A DNA stretch of 64,000 nt from Macrostomum hystrix. Its lineage: Eukaryota > Animalia > Platyhelminthes. The notes beneath the pieces are model-generated. The model did no database searches. It saw only the letters and a program-made list of their open reading frames with translations, and was not told where the DNA came from. A program made the position numbers and the translations under genes. This document shows, piece after piece, positions 63,320-64,000 of this stretch; positions within the stretch are counted from its first letter, which is position 1; the number at the start of each line of letters is the position of its first letter. The stretch covers positions 124,001 to 188,000 of the forward strand of contig CATNEN010000001.1 in the NCBI GenBank assembly GCA_950097015.1. The letters are read 5' to 3'.

Positions 63320-64000
63320 TATACCAAAATCTCCCCTTTCCCATTTATCCCAATCTGCCCTTTCCCATTTATCCCAATCTGCCCCGTCCCATTTATCCCA
63401 ATCTGCCATGTCCCATTTATCCCAATCTGCCCTGTCCCATTTATCCCAATCTGCCCTGTCCCATTTATCCCAATCTGCCCTGTCCCATTTATCCCAATCT
63501 GCCCTGTCCCATTTATCCCAATCTGCCCCTTCCCATTTATCCCAATCTGCCCTTTCCCATTTATCCCAATCTGCCCTGTCCCATTTATCCCAATCTGCCC
63601 TGTCCCATTTATCCCAATCTGCCCTGTCCCATTTATCCCAATCTGCCCCTTCCCATTTATCCCAATCTGCCCTTTCCCATTTATCCCAATCTGCCCTTTC
63701 CCATTTATCCCAATCTGCCCCTTCCAATTTATCCCAATCTGCCCTTTCTCATTTATCCCAATCTGCCCTTTCTCATTTATCCCAATCTGCCCTTTCCCAT
63801 TTATCCCAATCTGCCCTGTCCCATTTATCCCAATCTGCCCTGTCCCATTTATCCAAATCTGCCCTTTCCCATTTATCCCAATCTGCCCCTTCCCATTTAT
63901 CCCAATCTGCCCTTTCCCATTTATCCCAATCTGCCCTGTCCCATTTATCCCAATCTGCCATGTCCCATTTATCCCAATCTGCCCTGTCCCATTTATCCCA
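63320..64000. repeat. 24-bp minisatellite TCCCATTTATCCCAATCTGCCCTG, truncated by the window end
   Basis: Period 24. Confidence 0.96.

Overview
Eukaryotic (animal) genomic DNA with GT-AG introns and many 16-56 bp minisatellites. This pattern is reminiscent of the flatworm Macrostomum, which is an inference only. Main contents: (1) A tandem segmental duplication (~2.3-20.8 kb and ~30.8-40.4 kb) carries two paralogous ankyrin-repeat TRP-superfamily cation channel genes with a TRPM/TRPC-like 6-TM core, TRP box and C-terminal coiled coil. Copy 1 (~4100 aa after correcting two +1 homopolymer frameshifts) has 38 near-identical 219-bp/73-aa double-ankyrin units. Their variation is confined to ligand-facing, DARPin-type positions and is shuffled combinatorially. 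Copy 2 (~1455 aa) has only 3 such units. (2) Between the copies lie a candidate type I hammerhead ribozyme and duplicated modules with RFX X-boxes, forkhead sites and tandem X-box arrays. (3) A complete 4-exon FEN1 gene has a hAT-type MITE in intron 1 and an upstream inverted-repeat element containing a tRNA-Lys-derived sequence. (4) Four small in-frame exons, mostly missed by the ORF track, encode the 5' part of a single-pass membrane protein that may be synaptotagmin-like. Most other long ORFs in the track are minisatellite artefacts.
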